A stretch of 64,000 nt of DNA from positions 248,001 to 312,000 of the forward strand of contig JABVCE010000031.1 of NCBI GenBank assembly GCA_014905635.1, read 5' to 3'. The position numbers and the translations under genes were made by a program. Positions 10,701-22,276 of this stretch are shown here, piece by piece. The notes beneath the pieces were generated by a model. The model worked only from the letters and a program-made list of their open reading frames with translations. It was not told the origin of the DNA and searched no databases. Positions within the stretch are counted from its first letter, which is position 1, and every line of letters begins with the position of its first letter. This DNA is from Scenedesmus sp. PABB004 (Eukaryota).

Positions 10701-11498
10701 ATGCAGCTCAGCAGGCGATGGGCCCTCGCTGGGGGCCGGGCGCGGGCGCCGCTGTGCCGCTGCTGCTGCTGCCGGCCGCCGCGGCGCCCAGGCGCACCGC
10801 ACCGCCGCGCCGCACGCTCAGGTGATGGGCGAATCCTGCAGGCGCGCTCCAGCGGCAGCAGCGCGCTCGCCGCCGCCGCAGCGCCAGCTGCAGCGCCGCC
10901 GGCGCCGGGCGCGCTGCTGCAGCCTGGCGACGTGCTGACCGGCGGCAGCGGCGGCGGCGGCGGCGCAGCCAGCTACCGGCTGGAGACGCTGCTCCACAGC
11001 GGGCCGCGCTCGAGCGTGTGGCGGGCGCGCCCGGGCGAGGGCGGCGGCGCGGCCGCGGTCAAGGCGCGCGCGCTCGCTGGCGACGGACGGGCGGCAGCGC
11101 GGGGGGTGGTGGCCCGGCCGCTGTGTGCTCACAGCCGCCCGTTGCCTGCCGGCAGGTCCTCGAGACACCGAGCCCGGAGCGCCGCGCCGCGTCGCTGCAG
11201 GAGCTGGAGCTCACGCGGCAGCTCGCGACCGCCGCGCCGGGCGGCGGGTGCGGGCACCTGGTGCAGCTCTTGGACGGCGTGCTGATACGGCAGCGCTGCC
11301 TGCAGGCGCTGCGCCGCGCGCGCGCGGGTGCCACGGGCGCTGCGGCGGCCGGCGCGGACGCGGGCGGCGCGCCGCCCGGCGCTGCGGCCGAGGACGAGTT
11401 GGCTGCCGTCGCGCTGGTGCTGGCGCCGCTGCACCAGAGCCTGGGCTGGGTGCTGCACCGCGCGCGCAGCAGGTGCGGCTGCTGCCCGCCCGCCCGCA

Positions 11499-11529
<31 letters not shown>

Positions 11530-13191
11530 CCCCGCCCTCGCGCGCGCCGAGCGCGCCGCCGCGGCGGCGGCCGCGACCGCCGCACAGGACGGGCCGCGCG
11601 GGGCTGCCGCCGCCGGCGGTGCGGCGCCTCGCGCACCAGCTGCTGAGCGCGCTCGCGGAGCTGCACGAGCGCCAGGGGCTGCTGCACCGAGACGTCAAGC
11701 CGAGCAACCTGCTGCTGCAGCACCCCTTCATCGTTCACAAGCACAAGGTGCGCGCGGGGCTCACGCCACGCCGCAGCAGCCGCCGCACTGCGCACGCACA
11801 CGCGGCAGCGCGCGCGCCGCCGTGCCGCCGTGCCGCGGCCGAGCGCTGGCGCCCGCCCGGCGCCGCGCGCCGCAGCGCGTGCGGCGCGGCCTGAGCGCTG
11901 AGGAGCTCGCCGCCGCGCGCTGGAGCCTGGTGGACCTCGGCAGCGCCGCGCGCCTGCTACCGCCGCCGGGGCCGGCGCCGGCGGCCGGCGGCGCGGCCGC
12001 CGGCAGCGCACGGCACGGCCTGCCGGGCGCGCTGGGCTGGCTGACGGGCGGCGCGCGCGGCGGCGGCGCGGCCGGCGCCGGCGCCGGCAGCGCGCGGCAC
12101 GGCTGGCGCGTGGCGGAGGGCCCGCCGCCCTACGAGACGCCGGCCTACTCGCCGCCAGAGGTGCGTGCGGCGCCCGCTCGCCGCGGCGGCTGCGGGGCGC
12201 CGGGTGGGCCCCGCCGCCGGCCCACCCGGCCGGCCTCAACCCCGCCGCGCGCGCAGGCGGCGCTGCACCTCGCGAGCGGGCCGGGGCACGACGTGTGGTC
12301 GGCGGCCTGCGTCATCTTTGAGGCCGCCACCGGGCGCGTGCTCTTCCCGGTGGAGGCGGCGGCCGCGGCGCGGTGCGCGGGCGCGCGCCAGCTGCTGCGC
12401 CGCGGGGCCGCGCGCGGCGCGCCAGGCGGGGGTCGGCCGCGGGCGCACGCCGTGAGCGCGGCCGCGACGTGCGCCGCAGGGGCGTGCGCCTGCCGCAGCG
12501 CGGCGGCGCTGGTGGTGGCGGCGGCAGCGACGACGGCAGCAGCGACGGCGGCGAGTGTGAGTTTGACCAGGCCCACCTCGCCCTGGTCAAGGCCGTGTGC
12601 GGCCCGCCGCCGCCGCAGGTGTGTGTGCCCGGGCACCGCCGCGCCTCGCCGGGTGCTCCGCGCTGCGCCCCGCGCCGTGCCCCACGCCGCGCGCGCCGCG
12701 CCGCGCCGCAGCTGCTCGCGCGCAGCCCCGTCGCGGAGCAGCTGTTTGCCGACGCCCGCGCGGGGCGGCTGTGGGTCGAGGAGGACGCGCGCGGGGCGGG
12801 CGGCGCCGCGGGCGGCCCGCCGGCGTGGTGGGCGTTTTGGGCGCGCGAGCGCGGCGGCGCCGGCGCCGGCAGCGCGCCGGCGCGGCCGCTCGCGCACCAG
12901 CTGCTCGCGGAGCGCTCAATGTCGCCGCCGCAGGTGCGCGGGGGGCTCGCCGGCGCCGCGGCGCCGCCGGCGGCCGCCGCCCGACGCCTCGCCTGCCGAC
13001 CACCGCAGGCGCTGGAGCTGGCGGCGCTGCTCGGGCCGATGCTGGCGTGGGACCCCGACGCCCGGCCGCCCGCGGCGGCGCTGCTGGCGCACCCCTACTT
13101 TGCGCCGCTGCGCGCCGAGGGTGTCGGGGAGGGCGCACCGGGCGGCGAGGGCGCGGCGAGCGAGCGGGCCGAGGGCCCTGAACCACGATGA
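10701..13191 (+). CDS. Ser/Thr protein kinase, CMGC group, SRPK-like
   Basis: Spliced motifs: YRLETLLHSGPRSSVW, AAVK (GC donor at 11064), HRDVKPSNLL, LVDLGSA, ETPAYSPPE, HDVWSAACVIFEAATGRVLF, DQAHLALVKAVCGPPP and LGPMLAWDPDARPPAAALLAHPYF. Stop at 13189-13191. The start codon is uncertain. Confidence 0.85.
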
Positions 13192-13481
13192 CGTCGCTGC
13201 GGCCCCGCCCCCGCCGGCGCACGCAACGCTCCCAGCCGCCCACCTGGAACAGCCCACGCCCAGCCCCAGCATCCTCGCTTCCTCCGCCGCGCGGCCGCCG
13301 ACAGGCGCGGTCGCGGCCACGCTTCAGCGCGCCGCCGCGCCACCCGCGCGCCAGATCCGGCCTTCCGGGATCGCGACGCGCCCCTGAGCGCGCGCGCGCG
13401 CCCCGGGAGCGCGGCCGCGGGAGCCGCGCATCAGCGCGATGCGCGACCCGCCGCCCCGCCGCCGCCGCCGCAGGCAACAAG

Positions 13482-14100
13482 ATGGACAGTGTCAAGGCGG
13501 CGATGGACAAGGTCGCCGAGGCCGCGACGCAGGCGCGTGACGGGCGCGCGCCGCGCCCGCAAAAAGGTCGACGTCACGCTCTCCGCGCGCCGCGGCGACA
13601 TCGGCACGCACGGCGCGCCGCGGCCGCCGCCGCGCACACCCGCCGCGGCCCGCCCGCTCACGCGCCGCCCGCCGCCCGCCGCCCGCCCGCGCAGGCCAAG
13701 GACTCGGCCGCGGCCACGATCAACGAGGCCGCCAACCGCGCGAGCGAGACGATGCAGAGCGCCAAGGACAGCGCCGGGCAGGCCGCGACCGAGGCGCAGC
13801 ACCGCGCGGGCGAGGCCGTCGACAGCGCCAAGGCCACGGTCAGCGAGAACGCCCAGGCCCCGCAGCACCATGGCGCGAGCGCGGCCGACACGGCCAAGGC
13901 CAACCTGCAGGCGCGCGCGCGCACGCGTGGGCGGGCCAGCGCCGCGCCTCGCGCGCACGTGCGTGCCGCCTCGCGCCCCGCCTCACGCGCCCGCCCGCCC
14001 GCCCGCCGCTCTGCAGTCCGCCGGCGACACGGCCGCCCAGGCCGGCCACGACGCCTCGGGGCGCGCGCAGGAGGCGGCCGACTCTGCCCGCCCCTCCTGA
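13482..14100 (+). CDS. LEA-like hydrophilin (116 aa), copy 1
   Basis: Exons 13482-13532, 13695-13910 and 14017-14100 give MDSVKAAMDKVAEAATQ|AKDSAAATINEAANRASETMQSAKDSAGQAATEAQ...|SAGDTAAQ...ARPS*. Ala/Gln/Asp/Lys repeats resemble group 3 LEA proteins. Both introns are CAG|GCGCG...CAG. Confidence 0.75.
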
Positions 14101-14440
14101 GCGCGCGGCCGCCAGGCGGCTCGCGGCGCCGCAGGCCACCGTCTGCTGAGGACGGCTGCAGCGCGCGCGTGAGCGGATTGGGTTGAGGGCGCGCCGCCGT
14201 GCGCGCGTGTGTGTTGTTGATGCGCCTGGTAACTCGGGCGCCGCCAGGCACGCGTGCGCGCGGGCGCGCCCCGCCCCGGAACGGCCGGCCGGCGGGGTGG
14301 GGTGCAGCGCGCGCTCAACCGCGGGCGACGGCGGCGGGCACGTGCGCGGCGGGCGCGCGCGCGGATCGCCACATCGCCCCGGCCCGGCCCGCGCGCCAGC
14401 CCCCTCGCGGCGGCACCCGCTCCGCCAGCTGCGCGCGCCC

Positions 14441-15240
14441 ATGGCGGCGGCAGCAGCGGCGGCAGCGGCCGCCGCCCTGGACGCGGCGGCCATGTCGGTC
14501 GCTGTGTCGCTGCGCTTTGCATGCGGACGCACCATGGAGGTTCCGCTTGGCACGCTCGCGGCCAGCGACGTGCTGGCGGGCGCAGTGGCGGCGGCGGCAG
14601 CGTCGGCATCCGCTGCTGCTCCGCAGCCGCCGCCGCCGGGGCGCGCCCTGGCCCTCCCGATGCCGGTCGACGACACGCTGGAGGACTGGGAGCTGCTGGT
14701 GGGCTGGCTGGAGCACGGCGGCGCGCCGCCGGTGGCGGGCGCGCTGGAGCTCGGCAACATGCGGCGCGTGCTGCGCCTCGCGGACAAGTGGGACGTCGCC
14801 GCCGTCATCGACGCGGGCACCACCTGGCTGCTGCGGCACGCGAGCTTCACGCAGTCGCCGGTCGCCGAGGACGACCCCGCCTCGGTCTGGTCCTGGCTCG
14901 CGTTTGCCAGCCGCCTGAGCCACCCGGCGCTGCTGCAGGTGCGCGCGGCGCAGTGCCGGGCGGCGCCCGCCCGCCGCCGCGCGGCGCGCCGCGTGACGCC
15001 GCCGGCCCTGCCGCCCGCGCGCAGGCGCTGCAGGCGCGCGTGATCGAACAGCGCCTCGTCCCGCCGTCGCCCGCCGACGTGGCCGCCTGGCGCCCCGGAG
15101 ACGTCGCCGAGCTGCTCGTCGCGTCGCTGCGCGCGCACGCGGCCGATCGATTCCGCTGCCTCGGCTGCGTCGCGCTGCGGCGCGACACGGAGGTGCGGCT
15201 CTGCGCGACGTGCGCGTTTGCGCCGCACGTGCGCGTGTGA
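14441..15240 (+). CDS. BTB/POZ-domain protein with C-terminal CxxC...CxxC, copy 1
   Basis: Exons 14441-14938 and 15025-15240. BTB-like motifs are LAASDVL, DDTLEDWELLVGWL and VLRLADKWDVAAVIDAGTTWL. The tail is CLGC-x11-CATC. Confidence 0.75.
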
Positions 15241-15378
15241 GCGCGGGCGCGCCGCACACCCTCTTCTGTCTGCCGTGTACCCTCGTCGCGTCTGCCGTGT
15301 ACTCTGTACTTCTTTTTGCCGCCGCCGCCGCCAGTGTGGCTGCGTCCGCTGCGCGGCCGGCCGCCCTGTACTTGACAG

Positions 15379-16020
15379 GGCGAGTGTGAGTTTGACCAGG
15401 CCCACCTCGCCCTGGTCAAGGCCGTGTGCGGCCCGCCGCCGCCGCAGGTGTGTGTGCCCGGGCACCGCCGCGCCTCGCCGGGTGCTCCGCGCTGCGCCCC
15501 GCGCCGTGCCCCACGCCGCGCGCGCCGCGCCGCGCCGCAGCTGCTCGCGCGCAGCCCCGTCGCGGAGAAGCTGTTTGCCGACGCCCGCGCGGGGCGGCTG
15601 TGGGTCGAGGAGGACGCGCGCGGGGCGGGCGGCGCCGCGGGCGGCCCGCCGGCGTGGTGGGCGTTTTGGGCGCGCGAGCGCGGCGGCGCCGGCGCCGGCA
15701 GCGCGCCGGCGCGGCCGCTCGCGCACCAGCTGCTCGCGGAGCGCTCAATGTCGCCGCCGCAGGTGCGCGGGGGGCTCGCCGGCGCCGCGGCGCCGCCGGC
15801 GGCCGCCGCCCGACGCCTCGCCTGCCGACCACCGCAGGCGCTGGAGCTGGCGGCGCTGCTCGGGCCGATGCTGGCGTGGGACCCCGACGCCCGGCCGCCC
15901 GCGGCGGCGCTGCTGGCGCACCCCTACTTTGCGCCGCTGCGCGCCGAGGGTGTCGGGGAGGGCGCACCGGGCGGCGAGGGCGCGGCGAGCGAGCGGGCCG
16001 AGGGCCCTGAACCACGATGA
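15379..16020 (+). pseudogene. 5'-truncated duplicate of the kinase C-terminal exons, copy 2
   Basis: Starts mid-exon at GECEFDQAHL and lacks all upstream kinase motifs, including HRD and DLG. Confidence 0.85.
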
Positions 16021-16310
16021 CGTCGCTGCGGCCCCGCCCCCGCCGGCGCACGCAACGCTCCCAGCCGCCCACCTGGAACAGCCCACGCCCAGCCCCAGCA
16101 TCCTCGCTTCCTCCGCCGCGCGGCCGCCGACAGGCGCGGTCGCGGCCACGCTTCAGCGCGCCGCCGCGCCACCCGCGCGCCAGATCCGGCCTTCCGGGAT
16201 CGCGACGCGCCCCTGAGCGCGCGCGCGCGCCCCGGGAGCGCGGCCGCGGGAGCCGCGCATCAGCGCGATGCGCGACCCGCCGCCCCGCCGCCGCCGCCGC
16301 AGGCAACAAG

Positions 16311-16929
16311 ATGGACAGTGTCAAGGCGGCGATGGACAAGGTCGCCGAGGCCGCGACGCAGGCGCGTGACGGGCGCGCGCCGCGCCCGCAAAAAGGTCGA
16401 CGTCACGCTCTCCGCGCGCCGCGGCGACATCGGCACGCACGGCGCGCCGCGGCCGCCGCCGCGCACACCCGCCGCGGCCCGCCCGCTCACGCGCCGCCCG
16501 CCGCCCGCCGCCCGCCCGCGCAGGCCAAGGACTCGGCCGCGGCCACGATCAACGAGGCCGCCAACCGCGCGAGCGAGACGATGCAGAGCGCCAAGGACAG
16601 CGCCGGGCAGGCCGCGACCGAGGCGCAGCACCGCGCGGGCGAGGCCGTCGACAGCGCCAAGGCCACGGTCAGCGAGAACGCCCAGGCCCCGCAGCACCAT
16701 GGCGCGAGCGCGGCCGACACGGCCAAGGCCAACCTGCAGGCGCGCGCGCGCACGCGTGGGCGGGCCAGCGCCGCGCCTCGCGCGCACGTGCGTGCCGCCT
16801 CGCGCCCCGCCTCACGCGCCCGCCCGCCCGCCCGCCGCTCTGCAGTCCGCCGGCGACACGGCCGCCCAGGCCGGCCACGACGCCTCGGGGCGCGCGCAGG
16901 AGGCGGCCGACTCTGCCCGCCCCTCCTGA
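16311..16929 (+). CDS. LEA-like hydrophilin, copy 2
   Basis: Matches 13482-14100 shifted by 2829 bp. Confidence 0.75.
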
Positions 16930-17269
16930 GCGCGCGGCCGCCAGGCGGCTCGCGGCGCCGCAGGCCACCGTCTGCTGAGGACGGCTGCAGCGCGCGCGTG
17001 AGCGGATTGGGTTGAGGGCGCGCCGCCGTGCGCGCGTGTGTGTTGTTGATGCGCCTGGTAACTCGGGCGCCGCCAGGCACGCGTGCGCGCGGGCGCGCCC
17101 CGCCCCGGAACGGCCGGCCGGCGGGGTGGGGTGCAGCGCGCGCTCAACCGCGGGCGACGGCGGCGGGCACGTGCGCGGCGGGCGCGCGCGCGGATCGCCA
17201 CATCGCCCCGGCCCGGCCCGCGCGCCAGCCCCCTCGCGGCGGCACCCGCTCCGCCAGCTGCGCGCGCCC

Positions 17270-18069
17270 ATGGCGGCGGCAGCAGCGGCGGCAGCGGCCG
17301 CCGCCCTGGACGCGGCGGCCATGTCGGTCGCTGTGTCGCTGCGCTTTGCATGCGGACGCACCATGGAGGTTCCGCTTGGCACGCTCGCGGCCAGCGACGT
17401 GCTGGCGGGCGCAGTGGCGGCGGCGGCAGCGTCGGCATCCGCTGCTGCTCCGCAGCCGCCGCCGCCGGGGCGCGCCCTGGCCCTCCCGATGCCGGTCGAC
17501 GACACGCTGGAGGACTGGGAGCTGCTGGTGGGCTGGCTGGAGCACGGCGGCGCGCCGCCGGTGGCGGGCGCGCTGGAGCTCGGCAACATGCGGCGCGTGC
17601 TGCGCCTCGCGGACAAGTGGGACGTCGCCGCCGTCATCGACGCGGGCACCACCTGGCTGCTGCGGCACGCGAGCTTCACGCAGTCGCCGGTCGCCGAGGA
17701 CGACCCCGCCTCGGTCTGGTCCTGGCTCGCGTTTGCCAGCCGCCTGAGCCACCCGGCGCTGCTGCAGGTGCGCGCGGCGCAGTGCCGGGCGGCGCCCGCC
17801 CGCCGCCGCGCGGCGCGCCGCGTGACGCCGCCGGCCCTGCCGCCCGCGCGCAGGCGCTGCAGGCGCGCGTGATCGAACAGCGCCTCGTCCCGCCGTCGCC
17901 CGCCGACGTGGCCGCCTGGCGCCCCGGAGACGTCGCCGAGCTGCTCGTCGCGTCGCTGCGCGCGCACGCGGCCGATCGATTCCGCTGCCTCGGCTGCGTC
18001 GCGCTGCGGCGCGACACGGAGGTGCGGCTCTGCGCGACGTGCGCGTTTGCGCCGCACGTGCGCGTGTGA
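17270..18069 (+). CDS. BTB/POZ-domain protein, copy 2
   Basis: Matches 14441-15240 shifted by 2829 bp. Confidence 0.75.
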
Positions 18070-18207
18070 GCGCGGGCGCGCCGCACACCCTCTTCTGTCT
18101 GCCGTGTACCCTCGTCGCGTCTGCCGTGTACTCTGTACTTCTTTTTGCCGCCGCCGCCGCCAGTGTGGCTGCGTCCGCTGCGCGGCCGGCCGCCCTGTAC
18201 TTGACAG

Positions 18208-18848
18208 GGCGAGTGTGAGTTTGACCAGGCCCACCTCGCCCTGGTCAAGGCCGTGTGCGGCCCGCCGCCGCCGCAGGTGTGTGTGCCCGGGCACCGCCGC
18301 GCCTCGCCGGGTGCTCCGCGCTGCGCCCCGCGCCGTGCCCCACGCCGCGCGCGCCGCGCCGCGCCGCAGCTGCTCGCGCGCAGCCCCGTCGCGGAGAAGC
18401 TGTTTGCCGACGCCCGCGCGGGGCGGCTGTGGGTCGAGGAGGACGCGCGCGGGGCGGGCGGCGCCGCGGGCGGCCCGCCGGCGTGGTGGGCGTTTTGGGC
18501 GCGCGAGCGCGGCGGCGCCGGCGCCGGCAGCGCGCCGGCGCGGCCGCTCGCGCACCAGCTGCTCGCGGAGCGCTCAATGTCGCCGCCGCAGGTGCGCGGG
18601 GGCTCGCCGGCGCCGCGGCGCCGCCGGCGGCCGCCGCCCGACGCCTCGCCTGCCGACCACCGCAGGCGCTGGAGCTGGCGGCGCTGCTCGGGCCGATGCT
18701 GGCGTGGGACCCCGACGCCCGGCCGCCCGCGGCGGCGCTGCTGGCGCACCCCTACTTTGCGCCGCTGCGCGCCGAGGGTGTCGGGGAGGGCGCACCGGGC
18801 GGCGAGGGCGCGGCGAGCGAGCGGGCCGAGGGCCCTGAACCACGATGA
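18208..18848 (+). pseudogene. 5'-truncated duplicate of the kinase C-terminal exons, copy 3
   Basis: Same as copy 2, with a 1-nt shorter intronic G run near 18600. Confidence 0.85.
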
Positions 18849-19138
18849 CGTCGCTGCGGCCCCGCCCCCGCCGGCGCACGCAACGCTCCCAGCCGCCCAC
18901 CTGGAACAGCCCACGCCCAGCCCCAGCATCCTCGCTTCCTCCGCCGCGCGGCCGCCGACAGGCGCGGTCGCGGCCACGCTTCAGCGCGCCGCCGCGCCAC
19001 CCGCGCGCCAGATCCGGCCTTCCGGGATCGCGACGCGCCCCTGAGCGCGCGCGCGCGCCCCGGGAGCGCGGCCGCGGGAGCCGCGCATCAGCGCGATGCG
19101 CGACCCGCCGCCCCGCCGCCGCCGCCGCAGGCAACAAG

Positions 19139-19757
19139 ATGGACAGTGTCAAGGCGGCGATGGACAAGGTCGCCGAGGCCGCGACGCAGGCGCGTGACGG
19201 GCGCGCGCCGCGCCCGCAAAAAGGTCGACGTCACGCTCTCCGCGCGCCGCGGCGACATCGGCACGCACGGCGCGCCGCGGCCGCCGCCGCGCACACCCGC
19301 CGCGGCCCGCCCGCTCACGCGCCGCCCGCCGCCCGCCGCCCGCCCGCGCAGGCCAAGGACTCGGCCGCGGCCACGATCAACGAGGCCGCCAACCGCGCGA
19401 GCGAGACGATGCAGAGCGCCAAGGACAGCGCCGGGCAGGCCGCGACCGAGGCGCAGCACCGCGCGGGCGAGGCCGTCGACAGCGCCAAGGCCACGGTCAG
19501 CGAGAACGCCCAGGCCCCGCAGCACCATGGCGCGAGCGCGGCCGACACGGCCAAGGCCAACCTGCAGGCGCGCGCGCGCACGCGTGGGCGGGCCAGCGCC
19601 GCGCCTCGCGCGCACGTGCGTGCCGCCTCGCGCCCCGCCTCACGCGCCCGCCCGCCCGCCCGCCGCTCTGCAGTCCGCCGGCGACACGGCCGCCCAGGCC
19701 GGCCACGACGCCTCGGGGCGCGCGCAGGAGGCGGCCGACTCTGCCCGCCCCTCCTGA
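19139..19757 (+). CDS. LEA-like hydrophilin, copy 3
   Basis: Same coding sequence as copies 1 and 2. Confidence 0.75.
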
Positions 19758-20096
19758 GCGCGCGGCCGCCAGGCGGCTCGCGGCGCCGCAGGCCACCGTC
19801 TGCTGAGGACGGCTGCAGCGCGCGCGTGAGCGGATTGGGTTGAGGGCGCGCCGCCGTGCGCGCGTGTGTGTTGTTGATGCGCCTGGTAACTCGGGCGCCG
19901 CCAGGCACGCGTGCGCGCGGGCGCGCCCCGCCCCGGAACGGCCGGCCGGCGGGGTGGGGTGCAGCGCGCGCTCAACCGCGGGCGACGGCGGCGGGCACGT
20001 GCGCGGCGGGCGCGCGCGCGGATCGCCACATCGCCCCGGCCCGGCCCGCGCGCCAGCCCCTCGCGGCGGCACCCGCTCCGCCAGCTGCGCGCGCCC

Positions 20097-20896
20097 ATGG
20101 CGGCGGCAGCAGCGGCGGCAGCGGCCGCCGCCCTGGACGCGGCGGCCATGTCGGTCGCTGTGTCGCTGCGCTTTGCATGCGGACGCACCATGGAGGTTCC
20201 GCTTGGCACGCTCGCGGCCAGCGACGTGCTGGCGGGCGCAGTGGCGGCGGCGGCAGCGTCGGCATCCGCTGCTGCTCCGCAGCCGCCGCCGCCGGGGCGC
20301 GCCCTGGCCCTCCCGATGCCGGTCGACGACACGCTGGAGGACTGGGAGCTGCTGGTGGGCTGGCTGGAGCACGGCGGCGCGCCGCCGGTGGCGGGCGCGC
20401 TGGAGCTCGGCAACATGCGGCGCGTGCTGCGCCTCGCGGACAAGTGGGACGTCGCCGCCGTCATCGACGCGGGCACCACCTGGCTGCTGCGGCACGCGAG
20501 CTTCACGCAGTCGCCGGTCGCCGAGGACGACCCCGCCTCGGTCTGGTCCTGGCTCGCGTTTGCCAGCCGCCTGAGCCACCCGGCGCTGCTGCAGGTGCGC
20601 GCGGCGCAGTGCCGGGCGGCGCCCGCCCGCCGCCGCGCGGCGCGCCGCGTGACGCCGCCGGCCCTGCCGCCCGCGCGCAGGCGCTGCAGGCGCGCGTGAT
20701 CGAACAGCGCCTCGTCCCGCCGTCGCCCGCCGACGTGGCCGCCTGGCGCCCCGGAGACGTCGCCGAGCTGCTCGTCGCGTCGCTGCGCGCGCACGCGGCC
20801 GATCGATTCCGCTGCCTCGGCTGCGTCGCGCTGCGGCGCGACACGGAGGTGCGGCTCTGCGCGACGTGCGCGTTTGCGCCGCACGTGCGCGTGTGA
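20097..20896 (+). CDS. BTB/POZ-domain protein, copy 3
   Basis: Same coding sequence; the 1-nt difference lies upstream of the ATG near 20057. Confidence 0.75.
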
Positions 20897-21538
20897 GCGC
20901 GGGCGCGCCGCACACCCTCTTCTGTCTGCCGTGTACCCTCGTCGCGTCTGCCGTGTACTCTGTACTTCTTTTTGCCGCCGCCGCCGCCAGTGTGGCTGCG
21001 TCCGCTGCGCGGCCGGCCGCCCTGTACTTGACAGCGAGTCCGGCCGGACTCGCTCGCTCGGACCGAGCGCGTGAGCTGCGCGACCACCCCCGCGGCTGCA
21101 CCTGTGCCCTCCTCGCGCGCGCGCGCGGTGTACCAGACCGGATGCTCAATTGACTGACTGACAGCACGCCTGAACGCCGAGGTGCAATGAAGGACGGCGT
21201 GTGGCGCGGCGGCGCGGCCTGGCAGCGCGCGCCTTGAGCGCGCCAGCGAGCGGGCGGCGGCGGCGGAAGCGCTTCCACCCGCGCCCAGGAGCTTCTTCCA
21301 GAGCTGTTACGGCGAACCCGACCTCGCCGTGGGCGCAGCGCGAATCATGCGGCGCTTCGGCGTCCAAACCGCGCCGACAGCTCGCTCGCCCGCGCGCCGG
21401 CGCTCCGCGCCCGCGACTCCGCCGACTCCGCGGTCCCTGCCATGTCGGCCCCGCCTCCGCGCACGGCCGCCCGGCGCCCCAGCAGCGCGCTCGCGCGCCG
21501 CGCAGCAGCGTTGTGAGGCCCGGCTGCTTGCGGCCGGC

Positions 21539-22231
21539 ATGGAGGACCTGGAGGCCGACTTCCAGGCCGCCGTGGCGCTGGGGGACCGCACCAACGCCCC
21601 GGCCGCGCGCGCGCAGCAGCAGCGGCAGCCGGGCAAGCCCGCGTCGCGGCCCCTCGTGGTCACCGGGTCCGGCTTCCACGGCGCGGCCGCCAAGGCGGAG
21701 CTGGCGGCGCTCGCGGCGGCGGCCGGCGGCAGCGTGCGGGGCGAGCTCGTGCGCGGCGAGACGACGCACCTGGTGTGCCGCCGCGTGATCGACGCGGCCG
21801 GCAACCCCAAGTTCGTCCGCGCGCTGGAGTGGGGCGTGAGCATCGTGTCGGCCAAGTGGCTGTCCGACAGCGCCGCCGCGGGGCGGCCGCTGCCGGAGGC
21901 CCACTACAAGGACGACGCGCCCAGCGCGCTCGCGCCCTCGCCGCGCGCCGCGGCGGCGGGCCCGCGGCGCGAGCCGGCGGCGCCCGCGCATGCGCCCGCG
22001 CCTGCGCCCGCGCCGACGCTCGCGGAGCAGCCGCGGCAGGCTGCCAGCCCCGCGCAGCACGGCGCGCCGGGCCTGCGCCTGCAGGACCTGCCGCCCGACT
22101 GGCTGCTGCGGGGAGAGGCCAACGAGCCGGAGGAGCGCGGCGGCGAGGAGGCGCCGCTCAGCCTGAGCCTGGGCCACGACGCCGGCGGCGCAGAGCTGCT
22201 GCACGGCACGCAGCAGCAGCACCAGCACCAG

Positions 22232-22276
<45 letters not shown>

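Larger units (their letters stand above)
12550..21034 (+). repeat. Head-to-tail tandem triplication of a 2.83-kb segment
   Basis: Copies at 12550-15378 (2829 bp), 15379-18207 (2829 bp) and 18208-21034 (2827 bp). The junction CTTGACAG|GGCGAGTGTGAG occurs twice. I saw only one substitution and two 1-nt homopolymer differences. Confidence 0.97.

Noticed and set aside
12550..21034. Triplication as a transposable element
   Set aside because: No terminal repeats, target-site duplication or transposase/RT coding; the unit starts mid-exon of a host gene.
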